DNA from: an uncultured virus (IMG/VR IMGVR_UViG_3300005253_000213)
Lineage: Duplodnaviria > Heunggongvirae > Uroviricota > Caudoviricetes
Strand: one strand, 5' to 3'
Virus record (IMG/VR): IMGVR_UViG_3300005253_000213
Length of the DNA: 64,000 bases
Of the stretch, positions 1-8,510 are shown piece after piece (within the stretch, counting starts at the first letter, position 1; each line of letters begins with the position of its first letter). Below the pieces are notes generated by a model. It worked only from the letters and a program-made list of their open reading frames with translations, had not been told where the DNA came from and made no database searches. The position numbers and the translations under genes were made by a program.

Positions 1-70
1 CAGAAGGCCGCGACCAGGGCCGGCGAGTACGCGATGGTGGAATCGTACAACTCTGGCAGGTGAGAGAATC

Positions 71-137
71 CGGGGGCCGCTTCGGCGGCCCCCGTGTTTC
101 TGCCATTTTCGCCCCGCGGCGATCCGCGGGGCTTTTT
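71..137 (+). terminator. Two tandem GC-rich hairpins, intrinsic terminator(s) after a gene ending at TGA 61-63
   Basis: CGGGGGCCGC-TTCG-GCGGCCCCCG (71-94) and GCCCCGCGG-CGAT-CCGCGGGGC followed by TTTTT (111-137). Confidence 0.8.
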
Positions 138-162
138 CTTTCTACCAAGGAGGAACCCCCCG

Positions 163-369
163 ATGATCAGATGCACGCTCTGTGACACACCCATCGAGAA
201 CGATCACATGAAGGAGCCGTGTCCCGAGTGCGGTGGCGATCCCGTGACTGGCGCCGATCCGGCGTCCATGGCACTGCTGCCGTTCCAGATCGTCACGAAC
301 CCGGCGCAGACCAAGGGCAGGATTGCACATACGCGGTCTGCGCAGGCGCAGATTCGTTTCGCTGGCTAG
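163..369 (+). CDS. Small zinc-ribbon protein
   Basis: AGGAGG upstream of ATG 163; CTLC...CPECGG motifs. Confidence 0.6.
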   Translation: MIRCTLCDTPIENDHMKEPCPECGGDPVTGADPASMALLPFQIVTNPAQTKGRIAHTRSAQAQIRFAG

Positions 370-384
370 CAGCTTCCAGCATTG

Positions 385-414
385 ACCCGGCCGCTCTCAC
401 GTGAGCGGCCGGGT
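385..414. terminator. Hairpin between convergent genes, probably a bidirectional terminator
   Basis: ACCCGGCCGCTC-TCACGT-GAGCGGCCGGGT, 12-bp stem. Confidence 0.6.
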
Positions 415-431
415 TGCTAGCTCTTTCTTTG

Positions 432-2234
432 CTATGCGCCGGGTTCTTCTTCGATATCGAAGCTGGGATTCGGCGGATGGACGAAGTTTGCCTGACTCTT
501 CGTAAGCTTGATGTTCAGTTGCTTCGAGAGGTCAGGATAGCGTTTGACCAGCCCGTGCCACAATCCAATACAACCGAAGTTCAGGGCATGGGCAAAGTCG
601 TCCGTCATTTTCGGGTTCCGTGTTACCAGGAAGATGTCGGCCTTGCCGTGCAGCTCGTGCCTGTCCTCCATAAGGGCAAGCAGGTCGTGGGTGATGTTCT
701 TCGAGGACTCGTACTCAGGAAGGAGGACTTGCTGAGCCTTGATGCACGTTGCCTGCAGGACCAGTGAGCGAGCCTTGTCGAGTGTGAAGTACATTCGCTG
801 GCTGAAGCCAGCTGGGCGCTTCGCTTCGACCATCTTCTTGACGGATGCGCGAACATACAGGAGCGGCATGATCTTGTTGATGGGAAGACCCGCCTGGATC
901 ATGAGTGTTTCCCGTATCGCGCCAGCGCCACCATAGTCGTGACAAAAGAGGTGGCAACGAAAAGCACGAAACATATCCATCAGCTGCTTGGCTTCTTCAT
1001 GGTGCGTGTAGGCCGAGTGCGTTCGTTCCGTGTAGACGACCTCGGTTTTGCCCGTACGCATGTTGTAGCCGACGACCGCCGCAGTCGTTGTCGAGATCAT
1101 GCTCTCACCGCCACCGCCCCAGTCGACGCCGAGGGTGATGAACCGATACTTGCCGGTTGAAATGACATCGAGAGCAATGCGGCGCTCGTTTTTGTGCAGA
1201 ACAGAAGCGTTGCGAATGTCTGTGAGGGTCACCAGCTTGACGCCGGTGTCACAACTCTCGCCGAGCACTTCGTTCATGAACATCTGATGGTTGAAGCCGG
1301 CCCGGCCGTCACGCTTGGCCAGGAGCTCCAGCCACTTCTCAGATGGCTCGACGGGACATCGACCCGGTCGATCTGGATCTTCATAGTGCATCGGAAGGAT
1401 GATCTGCGGAACGTGGTAGCCACAATCTGTTGTGCGCCGCATTGGTACGGCGTGAACCCAGCGACCACGTCTTGGATTGATTAGCCTTTCGCACTTCGCA
1501 CAAATTGGACCCATGGGGCCGATCATCTTCAACAGATGATATTCGACGCCTGGGACATTTTCATGGTTGCACGCACTACAGCGGACGACCCATTCCGCCT
1601 GTGAAGATTCCTCCCACATCACCTGAATGGTGTTGTCGAGGGTCTTGGGCGTGCCAAAGAAACGCTCGATGCCAAGTCGTGAGGCGGACATACACTCACG
1701 AATGATCGGCACAAAGTCGATATCGATGTCCTGGATCTCATCGTAGTTGATCGCATCAACGGAGAGTCCACGGATACGATCGGCATCGAGGAATGCGAAT
1801 GAAAAGAACATACGAGACTCATTGAGGAAGGTCTTCTGGAGGACGGAGTTCTCGACGCGCTTGCTGATAAGCAGGTCGCGGATGAGGCTGTTCTCGATGA
1901 AGGGCTTCACGTAATTGGTTGAGATACGCCGGACCTGCTCGTACCTCGGAGCTACGAAGAGTAGCGCGAAGTGCGGCTGGGCGCCGGTATGGAGTACACC
2001 CTGAGCCGACATGTTCGTTGTTTTCGAGACCTGCCTTCCGCATTTGAAGAGGCTTCGTTTCGCAAGCACGAGACTGTAGATCGGCTCGAACGGCGGGTAG
2101 TTCACAAGACTGTAGGGTTGCCCTTTCAATGACAGAATGGGAAGCGCCGGAATGAACGATCGTGTCGCTCTGGCCTTGTAGAGGTCAGTGAGTGTCTTGA
2201 TGCGATTGCTGGTTTCCTTGGCTGTCAGCTCCAT
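432..2234 (-). CDS. terL: Phage terminase large subunit (GpA-like)
   Basis: 600 aa; GRQVSKTT Walker A, YDEIQD Walker B, FGTP coupling motif, CxxC zinc pair, GVDWG RNase H-like nuclease, C-terminal DDFAHAL. Confidence 0.85.
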   Translation of the reverse strand: MELTAKETSNRIKTLTDLYKARATRSFIPALPILSLKGQPYSLVNYPPFEPIYSLVLAKRSLFKCGRQVSKTTNMSAQGVLHTGAQPHFALLFVAPRYEQVRRISTNYVKPFIENSLIRDLLISKRVENSVLQKTFLNESRMFFSFAFLDADRIRGLSVDAINYDEIQDIDIDFVPIIRECMSASRLGIERFFGTPKTLDNTIQVMWEESSQAEWVVRCSACNHENVPGVEYHLLKMIGPMGPICAKCERLINPRRGRWVHAVPMRRTTDCGYHVPQIILPMHYEDPDRPGRCPVEPSEKWLELLAKRDGRAGFNHQMFMNEVLGESCDTGVKLVTLTDIRNASVLHKNERRIALDVISTGKYRFITLGVDWGGGGESMISTTTAAVVGYNMRTGKTEVVYTERTHSAYTHHEEAKQLMDMFRAFRCHLFCHDYGGAGAIRETLMIQAGLPINKIMPLLYVRASVKKMVEAKRPAGFSQRMYFTLDKARSLVLQATCIKAQQVLLPEYESSKNITHDLLALMEDRHELHGKADIFLVTRNPKMTDDFAHALNFGCIGLWHGLVKRYPDLSKQLNIKLTKSQANFVHPPNPSFDIEEEPGA

Positions 2235-2261
2235 GCGTGTCTCCTGTACGAAAGGACATGT

Positions 2262-2357
2262 ATGATGGATGCCTGGGATGTCTGGGCCACAATGGTCGAC
2301 GACTTTGTCGACTGGGTCGTTACATCTGTCGTGGACATCTTTGCCTTTCTGCGTTGA
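2262..2357 (+). CDS. Possible 31-aa small protein (MMDAWDVWATMVDDFVDWVVTSVVDIFAFLR)
   Basis: AAAGGA RBS upstream; below the ORF-track length cutoff. Confidence 0.35.
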   Translation: MMDAWDVWATMVDDFVDWVVTSVVDIFAFLR

Positions 2358-2397
2358 AGTCTAGCACTCTCAGCGTAAGGAGACAAGGAGGAAAACG

Positions 2398-3051
2398 ATG
2401 AAAGAAAAGAGATGTCGAGACTGTGGGGAATCCAAGCCTTTGACGGAGTTCTACAAACACTCGGGCTGTAAGTTTGGTCGGCATAGCAGATGTAAAGTAT
2501 GCTTGCGAAAAGAGAACACAACCGATAAGCGAAGAGCCAGACATCGACGATACTATCGATGTCATCGCACCACTATTCTTCAAAGGCTAAGGGAGCAATA
2601 TGCAGCGGATCCGGCCTACCGCGAGAAGAAGCGCAAGCTAGAACAAGAGTCACGACAGCGCAATTTGGAGAGTTGCCGTAAACGCGGTCGGGAGTACTAC
2701 GTCCGAAATCGCGACAAAATTCTGAAGCGACGGCGTGTACAGCAACTTACTCCAGCGCAGTTAGCACAAAAGAGGCATCGAGGACGTGAGAATTATCAAC
2801 AAACTCGCGTTGCTCGTCTTTGTAGGAAATACAGCATAACCCGTGCACAGTATGATCGGTTGCTACAGCGAAGTCAGGGACGGTGTGAGTTGTGCAGCCA
2901 ACAAGTCAGTCTGTGTGTGGATCACAACCATAAAACAGGGCACGTACGTGGCATGCTCTGTAGGTACTGCAACTCAGCGCTCGGCCTCCTTGAGTCGCGT
3001 GGATTATCATCTCAACAACTCGCGCGTTACTTGCGGAGGAAGAGTGTTTGA
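2398..3051 (+). CDS. Endonuclease VII-type HNH homing endonuclease
   Basis: N-terminal CxxC...CxxC, Arg-rich linker, CELC...VDHNHKTGHVRGMLCRYCN; AAGGAGG RBS. Confidence 0.9.
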   Translation: MKEKRCRDCGESKPLTEFYKHSGCKFGRHSRCKVCLRKENTTDKRRARHRRYYRCHRTTILQRLREQYAADPAYREKKRKLEQESRQRNLESCRKRGREYYVRNRDKILKRRRVQQLTPAQLAQKRHRGRENYQQTRVARLCRKYSITRAQYDRLLQRSQGRCELCSQQVSLCVDHNHKTGHVRGMLCRYCNSALGLLESRGLSSQQLARYLRRKSV

Positions 3052-3076
3052 TGTAGTATCCTGACGGAGGTGGGTA

Positions 3077-3301
3077 ATGGCGACACGAAGCTCAATGTTG
3101 TATCTGCGACGCAAGAAACACGTCAGCGATCTTCGCCGGCCGCGCCCGCAGTTCGCAACAAACAGTCTGAGCTCACACTTTCGTGAGCATGTACCACTTC
3201 CCGAACTTCGGAATGTGGAAGACCCCATGGCGCGGCTGGCGACCAGAGCGATAGAGGAGACGCCAGCTCATGAAAATGGAGAAGACTGCTGTCCGTCCTA
3301 G
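3077..3301 (+). CDS. Hypothetical protein
   Basis: GGAGG RBS; co-oriented with neighbours. Confidence 0.5.
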   Translation: MATRSSMLYLRRKKHVSDLRRPRPQFATNSLSSHFREHVPLPELRNVEDPMARLATRAIEETPAHENGEDCCPS

Positions 3302-3458
3302 CGAGGAATTTCTCTCGCTTACGTTTTTGGGCATGATCGCAGGTACGACAATCCTGGCGATCGTTGCCAAGTCGGTGCTCGTATTCGTTGGCGGTGTGGT
3401 GTTGACGCTCGCGCTCCAACGAAAGCTCGTTCAGGGATTCAACAGCACACAGAACTAG
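3270..3458 (+). CDS. Small membrane protein
   Basis: Two hydrophobic segments; GAGGAG upstream; stop codon overlaps the first base of the tmRNA. Confidence 0.5.
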   Translation: MKMEKTAVRPSEEFLSLTFLGMIAGTTILAIVAKSVLVFVGGVVLTLALQRKLVQGFNSTQN

Positions 3459-3525
3459 GGGGTGAACTGATTTCGACGTGTCGGTAGAGAGCCGATGCTG
3501 CGTGCCGTGGTGCCGGAGGCCACGT

Positions 3526-4080
3526 GTTACCTTCGGCTGTTCTTCGGATAGCGTAGGAGGAAGAGCTTGAATACGCAGAGGCTGATCAGAGCATTCAAGG
3601 CAGGTGAGTCCGTATTGTCCCTGTCGCGGCGTACCGAGCACACCAGGTACGCGATTACAGGGGCTCTGATAGATGCAGGCGTGCTCACTCGGAAAAGGCG
3701 TAAGAAGCCAGATTCGCGTGGGCGCTATCGTTGTTCGGGGTGCGGAAAGTGGTTTCTCCCGAAGGATATGCCCCGATTTCGATACTCTGAGTATCAATGT
3801 TCCGGTTGTGTTCTGGACAAGCAACAGAATCGGAAAGATCTTCCGGACTACGCCGCTCTTGTTGAGCGTTATGGAAATCGCTGCGCTATTTGCGGTTGCA
3901 AAGCGGGTCATACTAGCAAGCGAGGTATAAAGGCTCGCTTTGCTGTTGATCACTCCCATCGTACGGGGAGGATTCGCGGCTTGCTTTGTGGTCGCTGCAA
4001 CAGGGGTCTTGGATTCTTCGGGGATTCGGTGAAGAATCTGCAAAGCGCAATACGCTATCTGAAGAACAGTCGAGGGTAGC
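3526..4080 (+). mobile_element. Intervening sequence in tmRNA pseudoknot 1 with 30-nt complementary termini
   Basis: 3526-3555 GTTACCTTCGGCTGTTCTTCGGATAGCGTA pairs over all 30 positions with 4051-4080 TACGCTATCTGAAGAACAGTCGAGGGTAGC (26 Watson-Crick + 4 G-U). Confidence 0.85.
3567..4079 (+). CDS. Endonuclease VII-type HNH endonuclease inside the tmRNA
   Basis: AGGAGG 3555-3560 then TTG start; CAICG...VDHSHRTGRIRGLLCGRCNRGLG..DS...AIRYL. Confidence 0.9.
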   Translation: MNTQRLIRAFKAGESVLSLSRRTEHTRYAITGALIDAGVLTRKRRKKPDSRGRYRCSGCGKWFLPKDMPRFRYSEYQCSGCVLDKQQNRKDLPDYAALVERYGNRCAICGCKAGHTSKRGIKARFAVDHSHRTGRIRGLLCGRCNRGLGFFGDSVKNLQSAIRYLKNSRG

Positions 4081-4415
4081 CTAGAAAACACCGGCAAAAC
4101 CTTTAGCTGCCAATGGTGAAGTGAACACCATCGAGGATCTGGAGAAGATCTGGGCCAGCGCACCGGCTCCGATCGAGGCTCCGGCCCTCCTCGCTGCCTA
4201 GCCGACAGCGAGTAACCCCGCCCCTCGGACGCACGACCGGGGGGAAGGACATAGTGTTGACGCTCGGAAAGACGGGTGACAAGAGGGAAAGACCCTCGTC
4301 AGATGCTGCCGAGAGCTGTAGCGACGACCTGCCAAATCTCGGCTACGCACGTAGATGCCCGGCTTGAATCCTTCGCGGACGCGGGTTTGATTCCCGCCAC
4401 CTCCACCAATCTAGT

Positions 4416-4450
4416 ATAGCAGGAGCGTCCAATGTGGGCGCTCCTGCTAT
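4416..4450 (+). terminator. 15-bp hairpin just downstream of the tmRNA
   Basis: ATAGCAGGAGCGTCC-AATGT-GGGCGCTCCTGCTAT followed by CTTT. Confidence 0.65.
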
Positions 4451-4789
4451 CTTTAGATACCGGGAGGGGAACACCTCTCTCTAACGCGGCAGAGAAAGGA
4501 GTGCAAATTGCAGATAGGGCAGACAGTGTACTGCCTCGCAACGACGTCCTGCATTGCAACGCCGGGGGTGCACGACTGGGTGGTCATCTCCGGTAGGGTA
4601 ATTTCGTTCGATGAGGACACGGTGTGCATTTGTAAAGTCCGTGCGCTCGTTGGAAGTACAGCGGAGATCGATTTTGCGGATCGCAATACCACTTTCGACA
4701 CGCGCGAGGCTGCCGAAGCGGTCTGCCAGGAGAGGAATGCGGTGCTTCAGAAAGAGGCCGCAGAGAAAGCCAAGGGAGGAAGCTGAAAC

Positions 4790-5188
4790 ATGGAGGACAC
4801 ATCCGTTCAGGAGTTCGAGCGATTCATCAGGAAGATGGGGGGCCAGATTGCCGACGAGATCGATCGGCACGTCAAGCTGCGTTCGCGCAAGCTGGCGATG
4901 AGCAACAAGACGCTACGATCGAATCTCGAAGCTGAAAAGGTCAAGACAGCGGGCGCGAAGAAGGAGCTCGATGGCCAGGTTGCACGTGCGCGCCAGGCAG
5001 AGGAGCGGACCAAGCTGGTTGAGGAGCGAGCCAAGCTGACTGTGGAAGAACGTGATTCGCTCAGAGCTGAGCTGAATGCGCTGCGCGATGTCCTCACCAA
5101 GACCGAAGCGGAGAAGCGGGCTGCCGCTATCTCCGCGACGAAGGCTAAGCACGCCATCGAGGCCATGAAGGCCGAAGAAAAGGAATAG
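4790..5188 (+). CDS. Coiled-coil protein
   Basis: GGAGG RBS; heptad-rich E/K/A/L sequence. Confidence 0.65.
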   Translation: MEDTSVQEFERFIRKMGGQIADEIDRHVKLRSRKLAMSNKTLRSNLEAEKVKTAGAKKELDGQVARARQAEERTKLVEERAKLTVEERDSLRAELNALRDVLTKTEAEKRAAAISATKAKHAIEAMKAEEKE

Positions 5189-5431
5189 CCGTGAACCAGC
5201 TCGCAAGCAACAAGCTCGCAATGACACTTATCGACAACGTGGGCAAGAGCCTGACACAGCTGCCAGGCGTTGATGCGGTCTGTGTCACTCTGGTGGGCAG
5301 TCGGAAGATCCCACTAGGCGCGATCATCTGCCGTCCGGAGAAGCTCGATTCGGATACGCTTATCCAAAGCATTGCTCGAATGAGCGATCACATCGAGGTA
5401 GTTACCCAGAAACTGCTAGGAAAGGAGACAG

Positions 5432-6688
5432 ATGGCATCGACACAGATGGGCAAGATAGCCCGTCACTGGGAAAACAGGGACAAGCGAAGTCACTCCCTG
5501 ACTCAGGTGACCGACCGGTTGATCAAGAAGATCATCGCTCGGATGAAGCGCCCGAAGCACACGCGGGCTAACCGTATCGACGTGCTCATCGGCGACTCCG
5601 GCATTGGCAAATCGACGGTCCTCCGGAAGCTCGCCGATCGGCTGTCCGTCATTACGGGAGACGTCTGGAAAGCCAAGCTCTGGCATGTCGCTACGCAGGG
5701 CTTCGAAGACAATACCGGTCTTCCCATCATCGAGGAGCATCAGGTCAACGGCAAGATGCAGAAGGTTGCCACCTTTGCGAAGGCTGATCACGTACCTGGC
5801 GCCGTCTGGCAACCACACTACACACTCGGAATTCTCGATGAACTGCCGACGGCCCCGCCGCTCATCCAGAACCAGCTGCGAGAGATGATCGACGGCCAGA
5901 TCAACGGCTCACCGATCGATCCGAAGTGTCTGCTCATTGGCACCGGCAACCCGCCCGATGCGCGCTTCGTCACCGTGAACGCGCTCGACAATGCACTGGA
6001 GAAGCGGCTCAAGATCTACATCGTCATACCGACGAAGTCCGAACTGCTCGAAGTCTGGTCGCAGATCATGCCGGACCTCATCTACAAGTTCCTGATGATG
6101 CACCAGGAGTTCATCGATGCGATCAGCCCGCGCGAATGGGAGGGTGTCTCGAAGGACGTGCAGGATCTCGTGGATGGCGGCGGCACGCTCCAGGAGGCGG
6201 CCGAGGAAGCAACGGACGCCCTGATCGAGTATCCGAACATCGAAGTCAAGTTGCGCCAGTGGCTGCAGTGGGGTGATGATCCGCGCCACTATCCGCTGCG
6301 TGGACTGCAGATCATGAAAGCCACTGACAACGAGATGGCGACGTATCAGGGCTATCTTGAGCATTGGCTGCAGGAGAGAAACCTGCGTGGGCTTGCCGGG
6401 CAGAGTGCGCAGGATCTTGTGCGCACGCTCAACCTGACGGCGGAAGAAGAGCTCAAGAAGGACGAGGATCGGATAGCCAGGAACGTGACCCAGTTCCTCA
6501 TTCCTCTCGCGGAGCTCGAAGCCAACGACATGGCGAAGACGATCCTCGAAGTTGTGATGAACGGCGTGCTCGTAAGTCAAATATGTCTCAATCTCAAGGC
6601 CAACAAGAAGACGCTGAAGGCCATGTCGGAAGCGTTGAAGCGCTTCCATCTGATGAGGAGCAAGATCAGTGCCGTTGCAACTGGGTGA
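5432..6688 (+). CDS. MoxR-like AAA+ ATPase
   Basis: GDSGIGKS Walker A, ILDELPTAPPLIQN Walker B, IGTGN sensor I, LDNALEKR arginine finger; AAGGAG RBS; adjacent VWA gene. Confidence 0.85.
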   Translation: MASTQMGKIARHWENRDKRSHSLTQVTDRLIKKIIARMKRPKHTRANRIDVLIGDSGIGKSTVLRKLADRLSVITGDVWKAKLWHVATQGFEDNTGLPIIEEHQVNGKMQKVATFAKADHVPGAVWQPHYTLGILDELPTAPPLIQNQLREMIDGQINGSPIDPKCLLIGTGNPPDARFVTVNALDNALEKRLKIYIVIPTKSELLEVWSQIMPDLIYKFLMMHQEFIDAISPREWEGVSKDVQDLVDGGGTLQEAAEEATDALIEYPNIEVKLRQWLQWGDDPRHYPLRGLQIMKATDNEMATYQGYLEHWLQERNLRGLAGQSAQDLVRTLNLTAEEELKKDEDRIARNVTQFLIPLAELEANDMAKTILEVVMNGVLVSQICLNLKANKKTLKAMSEALKRFHLMRSKISAVATG

Positions 6689-8135
6689 CCAGCATAGCCG
6701 CCGCTGGCTCGAAGATCTTCTCTACTTCATGATGAAGGGCAGCATCGACTACGTTTACGTCTATCACAACGTTGAGACGATCGCCACGCTGCAACCCTTT
6801 GCCTTCAGCGGGAGTGGACCAGCGGCACTGCCCATCCCAGCCGCAATTCTCATGGACAAAGAGACCGCGCGGCTAACGCTTGCAGTGTACTATCCGATTG
6901 TCAGCCGGCTGAGTTACCGCGGCCAGATCGCCGTTCTCAAGCACGAGGGGATACACATCTGCGACGGGCACTTCTCGTCCTATGGACTTCGCTTGAACGA
7001 GCACTATGGCAGAGAGCTCACGAACCTAGCCATGGACGTATATGCGAACCAGAAGCCGTTTGAGGTCAAGAATGGTCAGCCGACCGAGACGATCGGTGCC
7101 GTGCTCGAAGAGGCCGGCATGTGTCCCGCTACGATCGAGAAGTTCAAGCTACCGGCCGGATTGAGCTCCGAGGACTACGCGGAGTTGCTCAATGATACGG
7201 CGGCGGCACAGCCGCTGTTCATCGTGGGGCAGGACGGTGAGCTGGGGACACCGGATCCAGCGGATCCACAGGCAGGTCAGCCGGGCAAGCCGGGCGAGGA
7301 CTTCACGGGCAAGGGGCAGTACCGCCCGATAGAGGTCTTCGAGTTGTCGAAGGAGGAAGCGACTCAGGCCGACCAGGCCACGCGCGACATCGTTCACAAT
7401 GTCACCGAGGCGCTGGCGGCCCACAATGAGGCAGAGCTTGAAGAGAACGGATGGGGACGCGGGTTCGGCGGCTCCGATGCGGAGGAGTTCATTACAGCAG
7501 CGAAGCGGCCGGCAACAGTTCCGTGGTTCTACTATCTTCGAGCGGCAGAGACGCGTAATCGTGCAGAGATCGTTACGCCTACGCGAAGGCGGCTGTCACG
7601 ACGGAGTCCGTTCCATTTCGGCCGTGTCAGACGCTACGGGTTGGAGGTCGCCTTCATGGTCGACACGTCCGGTTCGATGGACAAGGAGCAGCTCCAGCTT
7701 GTTGATCCGGAGTTGCGGGGGCTGCACTGTCGTGGTGCTCACATCACCGTGATTCACTGCGACGCTAGCGTAGCGAAGGTCGCACCGTACAGTCCGTTCG
7801 AGTCGCTGGAACGATTCCATGGTCGTGGCGGAACCGAATTCAGCGACGCACTGTTCAAGGTGAGGGAGCTGTATCCTCGCCCTGGACTTTTCGTTGGCTT
7901 CACTGACGGTTACGGCGGAATCGAGTCCTATGCTCAAACCATCAGGAAAGAACGCGGTGCAGCCTGGTACGATGAATTCGTATCACGTAAGCCCGGCATC
8001 AGTCCTGACGGCATAGAGACACTGTGGCTCATTCCGGAGGGTTCGATGGATCCGAAGGAATTCACCAGGACGATCGTTCCCTGGGGTACCGTAATCGTTG
8101 TACCAACCGTCGAACGCGAGATCAAGGCGAGCTAG
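6669..8135 (+). CDS. HExxH putative metallopeptidase + VWA domain protein (DUF2201-like)
   Basis: KHEGIHI; DTSGS MIDAS, GRGGTEF, FTDGYG. Confidence 0.85.
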   Translation: MPLQLGDQHSRRWLEDLLYFMMKGSIDYVYVYHNVETIATLQPFAFSGSGPAALPIPAAILMDKETARLTLAVYYPIVSRLSYRGQIAVLKHEGIHICDGHFSSYGLRLNEHYGRELTNLAMDVYANQKPFEVKNGQPTETIGAVLEEAGMCPATIEKFKLPAGLSSEDYAELLNDTAAAQPLFIVGQDGELGTPDPADPQAGQPGKPGEDFTGKGQYRPIEVFELSKEEATQADQATRDIVHNVTEALAAHNEAELEENGWGRGFGGSDAEEFITAAKRPATVPWFYYLRAAETRNRAEIVTPTRRRLSRRSPFHFGRVRRYGLEVAFMVDTSGSMDKEQLQLVDPELRGLHCRGAHITVIHCDASVAKVAPYSPFESLERFHGRGGTEFSDALFKVRELYPRPGLFVGFTDGYGGIESYAQTIRKERGAAWYDEFVSRKPGISPDGIETLWLIPEGSMDPKEFTRTIVPWGTVIVVPTVEREIKAS

Positions 8136-8137
8136 CC

Positions 8138-8174
8138 TTGCCTGTACTTCCTGAAGCAGGGTAGATCTACCCTG
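8138..8174 (+). promoter_or_regulatory. Putative promoter overlapped by a perfect 18-bp palindrome, upstream of the Ubl gene
   Basis: TTGCCT (8138-8143), 18 nt, TAGATC (8162-8167); palindrome CAGGGTAGATCTACCCTG 8157-8174. Confidence 0.5.
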
Positions 8175-8210
8175 GTCGTAGCATTACTTCCCCAGAGAGG
8201 AAGAGATTCG

Positions 8211-8441
8211 ATGGAGCAGATCAAGGTTCTCTACGTCAACAACGAAGGTGGCGGATTCGCGGACGTGATCGAGGTCGACAAGGGCACCGACGTCGGGGGA
8301 TTCTTCAAGACCCAGATGGAGGGCTCCGACGCCGCAGGGTACGTGATCCGGGTGAACAAGGACATCACCCCGAGGGATCGCGTCCTCCAGGACGGCGACA
8401 GCATCACGATCACCCCGGCGAAGATCGGCGGCTCGCGCTAG
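8211..8441 (+). CDS. Ubiquitin-like (beta-grasp, ThiS/MoaD-like) protein with C-terminal GG-SR
   Basis: 76 aa; IRVN...LQDGDSITITPAKIGGSR; GAGGAAG RBS; E2, JAB and E1 genes follow. Confidence 0.85.
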   Translation: MEQIKVLYVNNEGGGFADVIEVDKGTDVGGFFKTQMEGSDAAGYVIRVNKDITPRDRVLQDGDSITITPAKIGGSR

Positions 8442-8457
8442 CGCTAGCGCTACGGCG

Positions 8458-8490
8458 GTACGGTGCCCGTCAGCACGACGGGCACCGTGC
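8458..8490 (+). terminator. 14-bp hairpin after the Ubl gene (no U tract; stabiliser or leaky terminator)
   Basis: GTACGGTGCCCGTC-AGCAC-GACGGGCACCGTGC. Confidence 0.5.
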
Positions 8491-8510
8491 TCGCTCTCTA
8501 AGGAGCACTC

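Larger units (their letters stand above)
3458..4408 (+). ncRNA. ssrA: tmRNA interrupted by a ~555-nt HNH-coding insertion
   Basis: 5' GGGGGTGAACTGATTTCGAC; 3' GCGGG-TTTGATT-CCCGC-CACCTCC-ACCA; acceptor stem with G3.U Ala determinant; PK1 stems CGTGG/CCACG and TGCCGG/CCGGCA; resume context TAGCT|GCC; tag ORF 4109-4201 ending ALLAA*. Confidence 0.92.

Noticed and set aside
3526..4080. Group I/II intron or bulge-helix-bulge intron in the tmRNA
   Set aside because: The insert is fully occupied by the arms, RBS and ORF. No catalytic core or clear BHB motif is visible at the junctions.
3123..4163. Long antisense ORFs (also 52275-53243, 53562-54701, 60062-60880, 9255-10142)
   Set aside because: Shadow ORFs opposite well-supported + strand genes in GC-rich DNA, with no motifs.
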